NCBI RefSeq assembly: GCF_009914755.1
Contig: NC_060929.1
Strand: one strand, 5' to 3'
Length of the DNA: 64,000 nt
DNA from: the human T2T-CHM13v2.0 reference genome, Homo sapiens
Positions 13,801 to 29,070 of the stretch are shown piece after piece; position 1 is the stretch's first letter, and every line of letters begins with the position of its first letter. The notes under the pieces are model-generated. The model was not told the DNA's origin. It searched no databases and saw only the letters and a program-made list of their open reading frames with translations. The translations under genes and the position numbers were made by a program.

Positions 13801-15556
13801 GGAGAGAAAAGGTTTGACATGGCCAAAAATGATGATGACAATGATGATTATGGTGATGATGGTGGTGATGATGTTGATAGATATTTTTATTTATTGTTTA
13901 CTATGGATGTGCCCCATGATAATTACTTCCATGCACATTTCATTTCATCCTTGTCATGAACCGATTACCCCATTTCATAGGTAAGGACAATGATGCCTAG
14001 AGATAGCAAATAATTTTCATAAGTAACTTGCCTGCTGGTGACTTCAAGTTTCCTGATTCCAAAGGCCTCTAATCAATACATGGTTAAGCCTGTAGCACAA
14101 ACATTGCAAGGCCCTATTTCATGCCTGAATTTCTAACAGCCTCCCTGATTTTATTCCTGAGGGCAATTCTCAGAGAAACAATGCTGTTAAAAATTGTTTA
14201 GGCAGTCATGTTCTGGTCTGCTATAGAAGTCCATGCCTTTTCTCAAATCCTCCAGTGAGGAGCATGCTCCTCTATAGGACTCCGTCTTCTCTTCCAGTCT
14301 TTTCATCTATTGCATTTCTCTTTGCTTCCTCTATTTTCTTGGTTTGTTGTTTACAAACACAACATGCATTGTGTCACCTCTGAGCTCATAATGCAGCCTG
14401 AAATGGTCTTTTCTAATCTGCTAACAGTTTATTCAATCTCAGAATTTTAGCCCAAATATCATTTCTTTGATGAAATAATCCCTGATCCCATTCTTTACCA
14501 TTGGTGCCTCCTCATTCAGTGTCTCCATAGCACATGGCTAACAATTCTACTTTTTAGCACCTGACATCTTGCCAGTACTATTATGTTGCATAGGGATACC
14601 TAGAATGTGAGCTTTCTGAAGGTGATCTTTCTCAAAATATAAAAAACCACTTGATAAATAAAAGTTAAATTGAATGAATACCAGTTGAGCAAATATAAAT
14701 CATACATTCATATACATGTGCTCTTTAAGAAGTGTCTTTTTGGTTCTTTGGTATTTGTGTTTTGAAGATTGAAACAGCTATTCCCTGCCTATATTTTTTG
14801 GGGGTCCCAGAATGCCCTCTCATGTACTCAACTTTCTACTCCTAACCAAGCCAAAACAATTTAAAGCTGCAGTCCAGAGAAGTGTCGCTTTATTGTCCTT
14901 TGCTTCCCAGAGCAATTAGGTCCTTATTGCACCGGATCCTCCAAAGGGATCACATGGGGATTTAGTCACAGTGTCCACTGAGATGGTGGGTATTATTTAA
15001 CAACAATATAAAAACTATTATTGGTCCAGAGAGTTTAAGAGCCCTAACTTTAGAGAAAGGATCAGATCTGATATAATGCACAAAGCACAATGTATAAAAG
15101 AGTGTATTTTGGCATCAGAGGTAATAATAGCTCTGAGTCCTCAGGTAATAACATATTTTTGTGAGTCTCATTCTCCTCTTTTGTAAAATGAACATAAAAA
15201 GGCTATTTTGTAAAGTAGTTGCACAGATTAGAGACAGTATCATTGCATATGCTTGAAATATGTTGTGTTCAATAAATGTTATTATATAATCCTTTACTTT
15301 TGCTCCCTCTTTTAGTATAACTCCGTAAGCCCTCTCCTTTTTTCTCCTTAACAGTACATTGTACCACCAGGGATATCTTTAAATTTCCTTTCTCATGTCA
15401 CTCCAAAGAAACTCTGTGGTAGAGTTTTCATTACTCCAAATATTGACTTGAGATGTCTATCAATCAGATCTTCTTTAGAATACCCACAAGTAGCCTCAGT
15501 GTCCTGCTGAATGTTCATGGGGACCATGTAATTTCCTCAGAAAACATACATCCCCA

Positions 15557-15846
<290 letters not shown>

Positions 15847-18767
15847 TCCCCATACAGACCGTATTCCATACTATATTTGAATACTGTTGTTAATGGGAAA
15901 CTCATTTTTTCCTATGATAGCCCATTCCACCCCTTCAATAGATAATGACAGTCAGAACTTTTTCCTTTAATAGAACTGAAACTTACTTTTCACTGACTTC
16001 TGGCCATTGGCCTTGGTTTCTACCTAGCTGCTTTTGAGTTAGAATAATCTAGTTTTAAATCTTGATTCTGCCACTTGTTAGCAATGCGAGATTGTGCAAG
16101 TTACATATCCTGCTGATCTATCAAATTGGCACAATTATAGGCAACTCATAGACATTTGTGTTAGCAATGAATGAGTTAGAGTCTGTAGATTTATTAACAT
16201 AATTCTTGATACACAGTTAATGTTAAACATTTGCTATTATTGTTACATTAATTTCTCCATATACAGCCCTAAATTTTATTTATTGTTTTTTGACTGATTT
16301 GATCTTCATTACAGGTTCTAAGACAGTTAAGGAAAAAGTTCCAAGTATTCTGGTACTGAATGGGAAGTAGTTACACAAATACTGAAATTCTTTGGTTCCA
16401 GACTCTCATACTGTTGAGAAAACTAATACTCAGAGAGAAGTAATTTGAGTTATTAGTAGACAAAGCAAGGGCTTCTGTTTTTGAAGCTCAGTTTCATTCT
16501 CCCCTGTCATTACATGATGACTGAAAACTATTTTAGTCAAAATCAACTTCGTGGCAACAAGAGCCTGGCATATTGGTTTATCTGGCTTACTTAAGAATTA
16601 TTTGAATATGAATCTACAGATTTGTGTTCAGCTCTACCCTTTAACAGCTTTGCAATCATGGAGAAATTATTTGACCTCTCCAGGTCTTATATGTACCCAA
16701 GTAATGAGAATAATAACACCATTCTGCTTAACTTGTTTGGAGAGGGAGATAAAAGTGATATATTGTACTTATAAATGATTTATGCACCTGAATATGCTAC
16801 ACAATGAAAGCAAATTATATCATATGTTTATGTAGTATCAAACTTACATGTTACCAATAATTTCACCTATGACAAATATCTCAAAAGAAACTTTTAAATC
16901 CAATTTACTCTTAGGACTTCTGGAAATTATGTTAAAAATCCCTTTTCTGCTTACCTTTTTGGCTCAATATCATTAATATTCTTCTTTCTACCAATCTCCA
17001 AATAGGCTTTAGAGTATTTGGGGATTATTTTTAAGCCACATATGTTTAAAGAGGAGCAAATTACAAAATGCAGGATGTACAGCACATAACTGGTGAGATT
17101 TGTTCCTGTAGCTAATGCAAAGATTATTGGAATACATCCTTCATTGTGCAGATTTAGATGCCATTTAATAATGCTAGAATAAAGGAGGAGCCTGCTCAAG
17201 AAAATTGCATTTGAAGGAGAGAAGAAATTGCTGTTCAGCCTTGCTGTAACCCCTTCTGTGACAGGTTGGACAAACAATACAGCTTCCAATTGCTATATGT
17301 CCTCAAAACCTTTTTTGGAGGTAGGCCTCTTCTTGCATGGTCAGATGGCTACATGGAGTGATCAATGTTTCTGCCCTTCCACCTGCCTTTATGTTCCTTC
17401 ATACAAAGCCATGTGAGTCACTAGAATCCACTTGTGCACTCTTGCAATTCTTCCAGGAACTGGAATGGAGAGGGTTACTTCCCTCTTTTCTTAATCATAG
17501 TACATCACACTGTGTTCAAGCCCCACTAAAATTTGCTATTTTGGGAGTCCTCTGGTATATAGATTGGAAGGTAGACCAGTCTATGTGTTTATATATGTAT
17601 GCCTATGCCTCAGGAGAACAATACCAAACTACCTTGTGTCTCTCTCTGGGGCCTCTGTGTGGGCCTTCTGCTTTTCTCAGAGCAAGTGTGTTGCCAAGAA
17701 AGAAGATGTCAGTAGGTTCTTCTTCTAGAGATTTTCAGTTTTTAGGAGTGAATAACTTACCATTTTATCATCTCTTTTACTTGTCAGAGAGGAGACTGGC
17801 TCTTCCTACAGAAGGTGATAGAAAACTTTAATCCAATGGTTTTTCCCAAATATCTATGTCCTTTTTCTTCTCCCCAGTTATGTACTTAATTTGGGAGGGA
17901 ATAGTTTAATGAGATTAGTTCTGCTAATCTACTGTAAACTAATCTAAGTTTTTGGATGCAGAAAGATGGCTGATCCAAATAGCAGGTACTTCTTTGAACT
18001 TAGCCTGCAGAGCCTTTAGCACATTTTAGTTTTAATTATGAACTCTAGTCAAATTATTGCATGTTGCACTCATAATGTTCTCAACTGGGAAAAATAACTC
18101 CCCACTATAAAGCATTTTAAAATATGAAGAGAATATTTGGTTGTTAGCACGCATAGAGAACACTAGAGACACTCCGTGAGTAAGAGCAAGAGATCCTAAG
18201 TATGCTGAAATGTGTGGGACTGTCTCGCCTAGTGAGGAATTGCCCTTCTTCAAATATAAATAGCATATCCCATTGAAAACACTTCACTGAATATCAGTCT
18301 GTAAGAATTCTTAATAATTTATGACCATGAGATAAATTTACAAAATTTTTGTTTCATTTGAATTGAATTGATTTCTCTTAATCAAGAGACCACCTTTTAT
18401 GTTTCTTGACTATTTTCATTGTGAATTGTAAACTTATATATATCCATATATCCATTGAAGTTATTGGCCTGCTTTTTACTTATTGTATATTTACATAGCA
18501 ATCCTTTTGTAAATTTGCAAATGTAATCTTTATATTTGTGTTGCTTGCTTTAACTCCCTTAATAGTGTGCTCATTTAACATCCTTATTTGTCTCAGAAAC
18601 ATAGGTATGTTTGTATGTTTGGACAAGTAGCTACCCTCAATATATCATAAGGGGGAAATACTTACAAGAACACTATGCTGTGGAAATACTGTGAAATGAG
18701 TGGACTTGAGAGGCTAAATCATTCATCGAGGAACATTTTACTAAAGTTTGACTGGTTTTATTCTAGA

Positions 18768-18890
18768 GCAAGTTTTCTCAGCATTGGTACTACTGATGTG
18801 TTTTGGCAAGATAATTATTTTTTGAGGGGACTGTCCTATGCATTGTAGGATAACAGCATTCCTGGCCTCTACACAATGGCTGCCAGGGTA
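18768..18890 (-). mobile_element. MER20 fragment (hAT DNA transposon)
   Basis: gggactgtcctatgcattgtaggat...agcattcctggcctctac matches MER20. Confidence 0.7.
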
Positions 18891-20034
18891 TATAATCCCC
18901 CACTTGTGGAGGAACACAATTTCTGTAGAAAGCACACTTCCAATGCTGTTTTTGAAAAGATCAATGGAGATTTTTAGGGAGAAAGTGCAAGTAAATGTTA
19001 TCCAAGAGGCAATTCTGTAGCTAACTTGAATATTTGGTTTGTTTATATATGCATACATAGACATATTGATTTTTTGTATTATAAAAAGTGCCATTTAGTG
19101 TCTGGTGCCAAGTTTGCTCTTTCTGTGCAATAATTTTCTCTAATTAACACTACATCTTTAATAAGTCATTTTATATAAACAAAGCAGTGTTAGTGTGAGT
19201 GGTATATGGAATTAAAGTACAGGACACAAAAGGAATGATTTCACATTATTCTTTTACAAAATCCAGCATGTTAATAGCACTATCGTTGAAGATGATGGTA
19301 GTTCTAGGCTTCCCAGTGGAGATAAATAACAGAGCATGCAAGTGCTTGTCTAAGGTGATTCATAAAAGAGAAAATATTTTGGGGAAACAGCTATGAAATA
19401 TGCAGGTATAAGATAGATATTCTCAAATTTGCCAAACGGAAGTAATTCTCTAAATGAGAGAGCTCTGATAACTGGTTTACGTAGTCAAAACGCTACATAA
19501 ATATGACCATACATCTCCCAAAGTCGTAGCCATTGTCGAATTCTTAAACTCTTTTTTTTTTTTTTTGCTAATTCCACAGGAGAATAATAATTGCAATCTA
19601 ATTAACAGTGTTGCTAATAGATCTTGTCTGCCCGAATTCTGACAGAGATGTGTGAACAAGGGACTTCATTACATACAAATTCTCAGATTACAGAACTTGA
19701 GTATCTTAGATATTGCTAGGTCTATCACATTCTTTTAAAGGTAAGCTCAGCAGAGGGAAAATGACTAAGATTACATAGCTCATTATCCCTTCTAGCTCTA
19801 CTAATATTTTTTCCTATTGAGAGTAAAAAAAGTCTTCCTTCTCTTACATTAATTTCTTATTAATTAAAACCTATGAAAAAATAAAATCAAGTGTGTTAAT
19901 CTTTTGTTTAGAGACAACTGTAATTTATTAAGTGTTTCTTGTTGAAAAAATCATTTTAATGAGAAATTCTATAGGAATATTTGTAAAACTGTACAATATC
20001 ATCCACGATTTTTTTTACATGTGAAAAAATTTCT

Positions 20035-20985
20035 GACAATCTGCAGAATGGGAGACAACTTTTGCAATCTATCCATATGACAAAGGTCTAATATCGAAAT
20101 CTACCTGGAACTTAAACAAATTTACAGGAAAAAAATATTAAAAATTGGGTAAAGGAAATGAACGGACGTTTCTCAAAAGAAGACATTTATGCAGCCAACA
20201 AACATGAAAAAAAGTTCAACATCGCTGATCATTAGAGAAATGCAAATCAAAACAATGAGATACCATCTCACACCAGTCAGAATGACGATTATTAAAAATT
20301 CAAGAAACAACAGATGCTGGCGAGGCTGTGGAGAAATAGGAACTTTCTTCACTGTTGATGAGAATGTACATTAGTTCAACCAAGATAGCGTGACAACTCC
20401 TCAAAGACTTAGAACCAGAAATACCATTTGGCCCAGCAATCCCATTACTGGGTATAAAAGAATAAAAATCATTCTATTATAAAGATACAGACATGTGTAT
20501 GTTCATTGCAGCACTATTCACAATAACAAAGACATGGAATCAACCCAAATGTCCACCAATGATAGACTGGATAAAGAAAATGTGGTACATATACACCATG
20601 GAGTACTATGCAGCCATATAAAGGAATGGGATCATGTCTTTGCAGGGACATGGATGGAGCTGGAAGCCATTATCCTCAGCAAAATAACACAAGAACAGGA
20701 AACAAAACAAAACACCACATGTTCTCATAAGTGGGAGGTGAACAATGAGAACACATGAACACAGGAAGAGGAAAAACAACACATGCTGTGGCCTGTTGGG
20801 GATGTGGGGAAAGGGAGAGCATCAAGTTAAGTAGTTAATGCATGCAGGGCTTAATACTAGGTGATGGGTTGATAGGTGCAGCACAACACAATGGCACACG
20901 TTTACCTATGTAACAAACCTGCACATTCTGCACATGTATCCTGGAACTTTAAATTAAATTAAATTTAAAAAAGAAAAAACAAAAA
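20035..20985 (+). mobile_element. L1PA (older primate) 3' portion
   Basis: Degraded ORF2 ([18 protein letters not shown]; WMELEAIILSK) plus 3' UTR and A tail. Confidence 0.9.
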
Positions 20986-21614
20986 CATTCGGTCTGAAAA
21001 CCCTCACAAAGCTTTCTCTCTGATGACACAAATCAGAGATGAATGGTAAACATTTCGATAGGAAAAAAAAAGAAACACAGATCTAAAAAAGATAACAGGG
21101 ATAAATATAGGGTTCTCTGGTTGAAAAAACGTTGTGATTAATCTGAAGAGAATTATTTCATAGCATCATATATACCAGATATTTAGGGGATTTAAGTAAT
21201 AGCACACTTAATGTGAGTTGAAAATACATTGTGATCACCAGTGGTAGGAGGTTTAAAGGAGAATAAAAAGAATGAGTAGAGATGTGAAAATTGGATCCCA
21301 TAACAAACACGAAAAGGTTTTAGGGGTGTTTCCCTTAAATTAGAGAAAACATTGTAGGTATCTTCATTTAATTGGCTGCCATGTGTCTTTCCCTGACAAT
21401 AATGTATTCAAACGTTCCTCAAATGATTTATGTCATGTTCTCAAGTGTGACTGTTATGGCTGTGCTAGATGTCTGCAATAGTTACCATGGCCTTTGTAGA
21501 ATTTGAATTCCAAAGGTACAGACTGTGAACTGGGTGAGTAAGGAATGAATTTGGCAGGAGGATGGTGAATTGAGACTTTTGATCCTCAATCTTATGTTCC
21601 TGAATTTAAATATC

Positions 21615-21822
21615 TGTGTGTATGTGTGTGTGTGTATAATATATATTATAAAATATAATATTTTATATATATTTTTATAATATATATATTATATTATATT
21701 ATATAAATATATTCTATATAATATATATTCTATATAATAGATATACACACACATATCTATTCACAATGCCTTTTAAAATTTTTTTATTTAATAAATTTTT
21801 TATTTAATAAATTTTTATTTAA
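21615..21822. repeat. (TG)n - AT-rich (TA)n - (CA)n low-complexity block followed by a ~16-bp AT tandem
   Basis: Seen directly in the sequence. Confidence 0.85.
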
Positions 21823-22379
21823 AGAAAAGATTAAAAGTTTAAGGCTTAAATGAACTTTTTTTGACTACAACTTCCTCCTAGCACAACTGAGAATAGAATG
21901 CTGTTTCTTGGATTCAGACATTTTCCTTTCAACCTGTGGCAAGCCTGAGAAAATAGTGCCAGAATCATCAACATTAACCACGTCTATAGATGCTTTATTT
22001 TTGCAACATTTCTGCATGAGGAGCCTTAACCTGCTATTTCTCAGGCATTGTCTCCTATAGGTGGCATTCAAGAAACTGACCAGGTCTCTAATGATAGCAG
22101 TAGATCCCACTTCTGTCTTAGCTTAAGATGACACACCTTTGACAAGAAGGGTCAGCAAAGTATCTTTAAAAAAATATTTAATCCACAGCAAGATGGCCGT
22201 GAGTTGTTCTGTTGTGTTACAAGTGCTGGTAAATAAATCATGAGCAATAATCTTTAAATACATAAGGGTGTGGCTGTAGCTAGTAATGCTGATGAAAATC
22301 AGAAAGGGAATCCAAGAGGGTCACAATAGTGTTAGACTTTTTAAACAGTAAGAGCTGTGTAGGAATCCTTCTGTGAACC

Positions 22380-22859
22380 ATAAAAATAATAAACGCTGAG
22401 CCTATTGGAACATAATCTCAATCAGCAAGATGCCAATGCTTTCCAGATTTCCTCACAGGGCCCTGCTAATTCCATGCCAAAACTGGCAGTGGATTTCTTC
22501 CTTCTAATCTCCCTTAATGCCTTATTCGATTATTGTCACTGCTCTCCGACCATGCATTGTCCCTTCAGACTCTCCTTTCCCAACTGAGTCAGTCAGAGGA
22601 GCCTGGGTGTCTGCAGGACATAATCTAAGACCACAAACCACCTTGTTCCACGTGAGAAGGAAACAAGAAAGAAGGGAGCCAGGGGAATCCTGCAAATTTT
22701 TAGGCAACCTCTTTATCTATTGGATTACTGACTTGAGGCAAACAAGGAACAGAGATATGAAGGGTTTGAAAGATTTCTCCAGTTGATTGGCAGAGAAGAG
22801 CTGGCTAGCAGGGAGGACGACCCTAGGAGGGTGAATTCTGCATTTCAGTGCACTGCAGG
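22380..22859 (+). promoter_or_regulatory. GABRA6: GABRA6 proximal promoter / 5' UTR
   Basis: Repeat-free region upstream of the ATG. NFI half-sites TGCCAA at 22431 and 22475, AP-1 TGAGTCA at 22585, E-box CACGTG at 22649, pyrimidine-rich Inr-like tract near 22500-22580. The exact TSS cannot be read from sequence. Confidence 0.6.
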
Positions 22860-22897
22860 ATGGCGTCGTCTCTGCCCTGGCTGTGCATTATTCTGTG
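22860..22897 (+). CDS. GABRA6: GABA-A receptor alpha-6, coding exon 1 (signal peptide MASSLPWLCIILW)
   Basis: Strong Kozak aggATGg; donor TG|gtgagt at 22898; 38 nt. Confidence 0.95.
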
Positions 22898-23099
22898 GTG
22901 AGTAAGATCCTTTTTCCTGATTTTTCTTTTTATCTCAGAGGAAAGGAAAAGTATACATCCATTGGGTGACTCCTATATCAAATCATGAAAGAGGCCAGAA
23001 GTGGTGTTGCATGTATTTGTAACAGGGTGGAATAGAGTAGATTAGACAAAACCTCTTCTCTGAGCCTGGGAGTAAGGATCATTGACTGTCTACACACAG

Positions 23100-23218
23100 G
23101 CTAGAAAATGCCCTAGGGAAACTCGAAGTTGAAGGCAACTTCTACTCAGAAAACGTCAGTCGGATCCTGGACAACTTGCTTGAAGGCTATGACAATCGGC
23201 TGCGGCCGGGATTTGGAG
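23100..23218 (+). CDS. GABRA6: GABRA6 coding exon 2 ([12 protein letters not shown]...[18 protein letters not shown])
   Basis: cacag| acceptor, G|gtaaga donor; GABA-A alpha motif [12 protein letters not shown]; 119 nt. Confidence 0.97.
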
Positions 23219-23777
23219 GTAAGAAGCTGCATCTTTGCTACACAAACACCTGTAGTTTCCTTCCTCCGTTTCTGCCCTTTGAAGACCCAGAAGAGTCAGA
23301 AACTAGGTAGTGGGAAGGGGCAGGGTACGGGAGAGAGACCATGGGTATGTTCCCATCCAGTCTCTGCCTCATCCACCATTAGTAGCCTTGTTCAAGTTAT
23401 CTGAACTCTCTAAGCCTCATTTCCTAAATTGTAGTGTGGGTATATGATCAATGTTTGCCTCATAGAGTGGTATGAGTGCAAAATGAGATTATTCATGTAA
23501 AACAGTTTTCTTAGCACTTTCCCATTAAAGCCATCAATATACATTAGTTATTATCATTTTCGTTAGAACGAATCTAGCTTCTTTCATTCTTTAATGTTCT
23601 CCCAATTGACTAGAATAAATTCTAAATAAGGCCACTGACATGAGTTTTCAGAGTTGAGAGACCCAAGGATCCCCACTACTGGAATGCAATAGGACACATT
23701 GCAGATACTGGCTATGATAAGTAAGGGGTTTGGTGGTAGAGGGCTGAGATCAATCCCCTTAACATCAGTGGTGATAA

Positions 23778-23885
<108 letters not shown>

Positions 23886-25818
23886 TAAGTGAGTTGGGTG
23901 TTTTCATTTCGGGGAGGAGAGTGGAGTCCCAAAACTAATGATAATGGGCATTGCCGCCAAGCTTGGCTCCAGATTCATGACACAATATTTGTATTCATGC
24001 TGGGAGGGCATGACCATTAGAATGGATTCCTGGCTTAATCTTCACATTTCACTAAGGGCTTGAACATTTTAAGCTGAGGGACTTTTTAAAATTATGTCCT
24101 CTCTTCCATCCACATGCTATGCACTAATTCTTCCCTCCAAAGAGAAGAGATTTTCCCCTTTCTTTGTGAAGCTCCAGCAAATTTATTGGAGGAAGAAAAA
24201 AAACACACAGATCTTATTCCATATAAAAGTTTATTGAGTATGTCTATAAAACCTAAAGCATAATTGTCTTTTGTGGCAACATCATTATCAGTATATTTTA
24301 TTAAAACAGTAAAGAGGTCATTTGGAAAGGCTGATGCTCTCCACCTTTTACATTGAGGATGGACCAGTAGGTGTTCTGGGGACTCCGTTCCAGGTACAGA
24401 TGGCTGTAGCATTCATAAGAGGGTATTTATAGTAAGTAGCAATGAAAACTTGAACTCATCTTTTAGAACAAAGTGTATCATGGTATTCTTTTACGGTTCT
24501 CAGGTGGCATTTCTCTCTAAAACGGAAGTGTAAATATGAATGCTGAAGTAAACATAACTGTCTTTAAAGAGGTTCACCATTAGATTTTATTAAGGAAATG
24601 TAATTCTAAAGAAACAGTTATTGGAGACTTTTTCATTTTCTGCTTTTTTAAGTTGGCAAGAAAAGAAGATGTAAAGAAAGGAAAAAGGAAGGAGTAAAGG
24701 AAGAAGAGAAAGGGATATGGAGGAAAAGAAAGAAGAAATAAAATTGAAAGAAAAGGAAAGAGGGAGGAAGGGCTTTATTCAAGAGATAATTATCTTACTA
24801 TATAAGGAGAAAGAGGAGTTAGCAATATTCAGAATCCTGAATTATTTTAGTATCATATTTTTCATTCGTGTTCTAAGCCACTCCAAGTATAAACAACTAC
24901 AACAATTTGCTATTGAATTGTTGAAGTCTGAGTATACTTAGTGTTCTATCTTATGCTTGTGTCTGTTTTTACAGTTTATTTGTGCAATAGGTCCCTATTA
25001 TATCATGAGTCATTATTGTATGGATATATTGCTTGTCAAATTATATTTTTAAAATGTAATCACTGCTTGCCATAATACGTTTCATAAAGGAATTTATATA
25101 GTAGGCAAAGCAATTATTGGCAATACTTTGATATAATTACAAGTTGTTATTTGTTATTGACTTTTGCAATAGCTCTTATTATAATTCTTAAACATTTTAA
25201 TGCTATTTCATAAAAGCCACAGATTAAGTCATAATTTTGATGATACATACTTAAATGATACCCTCTTTAGAATAGTCACGGTAACACTTGTTTATATGTT
25301 CCCTGAGAACAATATAAAATAATTTTGATGTGCAGCTATAGTGTGTTTATCAAGTAAGGTTTATCTATGTGTGGAATTTTACTGAATGGTACTCTGAAGC
25401 TCTGAAATACCTTTGAGGGTGAATGAGGTGCAAAGGGGAATAGTTAGTCTAACCGATGGTATAAAGGCCAGCCAGCACAAAGGCTAAACTAAATATTTCC
25501 ATAATTTTTTTCTAGATTAAGAAGGACATATTGATAGATGGAAATATGGATGACTGGATAGATAAAGAGGAAGAATATTAAGGAAAGTCAAGGTGGAGGA
25601 GGGAAGTTTACATATCACAGCACTATCTTTTATAACAATGCAAACTTTCTGAGTTTGAGAACAATAATAACTAGCTAAAATTATAGCTTTGTGAGAAATT
25701 ATTGCGATAAAAAGTTGCTTTATTGCTTAAGTTTTGAGATTGGGTGTATAGGCTAGTGAATAAACTATTCTTAGCAAACTATCTTTCCAGCCCACACAAA
25801 TATTTTATTTTCTCTTAG

Positions 25819-26040
<222 letters not shown>

Positions 26041-26094
26041 TGAGGTTTCTCCAATTCTATTTCCCCTGCCTAAATGATATGTCCATAATACTAA

Positions 26095-26268
<174 letters not shown>

Positions 26269-26372
26269 TAGTTGATACTGGAAATCAAGGAAGAAATAGA
26301 ATCATGACACTATCAGTGTGATTCTAGGAATATACTTAATCATTCTGTCAATCTCATAAATTGAGGCTTTAG

Positions 26373-26675
<303 letters not shown>

Positions 26676-27051
26676 TAATCCCTCAGGATGACTCCAGTGC
26701 ACATTTTCAAAATATCTATTTCTTTTTCCTTCGCCTTAGCCATTCTCAGCTAAGCATGCTGTTTTGAAGTGATGAGTAGCTTTCCTTAAAACTGATTTTG
26801 CAACCGGGTGCATATAAAGATTTGTGTAATCTTGGAATAAGTAGTTTTTTTTATGTATATGATATAAAGAACCCTACTGAAAACAATAAGTTGATGTGTC
26901 TCTTCGCTCTATCATCTGCTGATCAAGTAGCTTTCTCATATACTGAAATGTACCTTTGCTTGTTTTCTTCCAGTCAATGTTAATTTAAAAGTTGTCAAGA
27001 TTTATATTCAACTGCATTCTTTTTGCAGACTGTCAGCAGTAATAATACTGA

Positions 27052-27285
<234 letters not shown>

Positions 27286-28093
27286 TGAGTAAATATTTAC
27301 ACTGGTGCACTTTTTCAATCCACAAAGAAAATAGGTTCCTGTCTCATCCAGACATATGTATCATGCAAAATCACTGTCATTATATCACAAATTGTGTGAT
27401 GAATCAAAAAAAATTTTGTCTCAGTGAGAATTATGGCTGGTTTCCTATGACTTTCATGTGTCCTATTTGCAGTGCTTTATCTTGATTTTCTTTGTCATAA
27501 CTGAGGAAAAGCAGAAAGTTAAAAACTGCATGTAAATCCATGAAAGCAAAAGATTAAGGTATTGAACACAGTAATACATAGGTTGTATACCCCTTTTATT
27601 AGGTTGAACCATATAAAATTGTCATTTCGTCAATTTTTTATGATTCAACCTACATATTTAGTTCCACTTATAGATAGAATCACTACTAATTTTAATAAAA
27701 CAAAATTAAATAATAAGAAAAAGAGCTTCAACTGGAAACATCAGTGACACATTCCAGTGTTTTTCCTGGGTTTAATGTTTATAAATTTAGTAGTCTCTAA
27801 GATAGACCTGAATTGAATAGAAATCATAAATCTTGATTTTTTAAATTTACTAAGTTAAAATAGATTTTTTGAAAATTACAAAAGAATGCCAACATAATGA
27901 TGTTGACCATCAATATTATACATCTCCTAATAGTATAAATTCCCCAGGCCATAGTTCAAGAAGGAAAACTGCCAGCAAGTGAGTGATAAATTTTATCTTC
28001 TAATGAGTAAATATTATACCTTAAAATCTAGCTAGAAACACAAATTAGGTAACCTAATTTTATGCTAATATTTATACCATATTTATTTATTAA

Positions 28094-28469
<376 letters not shown>

Positions 28470-28810
28470 TCAAGTTTTTTTTTCTTAAGTGGTAATAATT
28501 TGTTACAAGTTCTCTCAAGCCCTAAACAACTAGAACTATTTACGACTTAAATTTTACAATAACTAGTTCAATTCAGCAAACTCAAAATTTTTTGAGCAGT
28601 TATAATGTATGTCACTTCACTAAATATTGAAAGATTCAGAAATGATAATACTTATGATAATAATTATGAACAATTATAATACAAAAAATATTTTTAAAAA
28701 TGACTTTGCCTTGGTAGAGTTTTTTGTCTTCTCCTCTGACACATTCTCATTTGATTTTGCCATAGGATTCCCAGTACTAATATTACAATTCCTATTCTTT
28801 TTTATTTTAG

Positions 28811-29070
28811 GGATCACCACTGTTTTAACTATGACCACTTTGAGCATCAGTGCCCGGCACTCTTTGCCAAAAGTGTCATATGCCACTGCCATGGATTGGT
28901 TCATAGCTGTTTGCTTTGCATTCGTCTTCTCTGCTCTTATCGAGTTCGCAGCTGTCAACTACTTTACCAATCTTCAGACACAGAAGGCGAAAAGGAAGGC
29001 ACAGTTTGCAGCCCCACCCACAGTGACAATATCAAAAGCTACTGAACCTTTGGAAGCTGAGATTGTTTTG
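28811..29070 (+). CDS. GABRA6: GABRA6 coding exon 8 (M2, M3, start of M3-M4 loop)
   Basis: tttag| acceptor, TTG|gtaatt donor; [53 protein letters not shown]; 260 nt. Confidence 0.98.

Noticed and set aside
13796-13984. Met-rich ORF
   Set aside because: Arises from a (GAT/GGT)n low-complexity tract beside a MIR
17337-17831. 164-aa ORF upstream of GABRA6
   Set aside because: No recognisable domain, splice context or coding pattern; compatible with chance, although an unannotated non-coding exon cannot be excluded
23197-23199. Arg46 codon (site of the reported R46W epilepsy variant)
   Set aside because: The codon is CGG (Arg), so the variant is not present
28674-28958. Antisense ORFs over exons (also 26995-27318 and 38387-38581)
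   Set aside because: Shadow ORFs on the opposite strand of coding sequence
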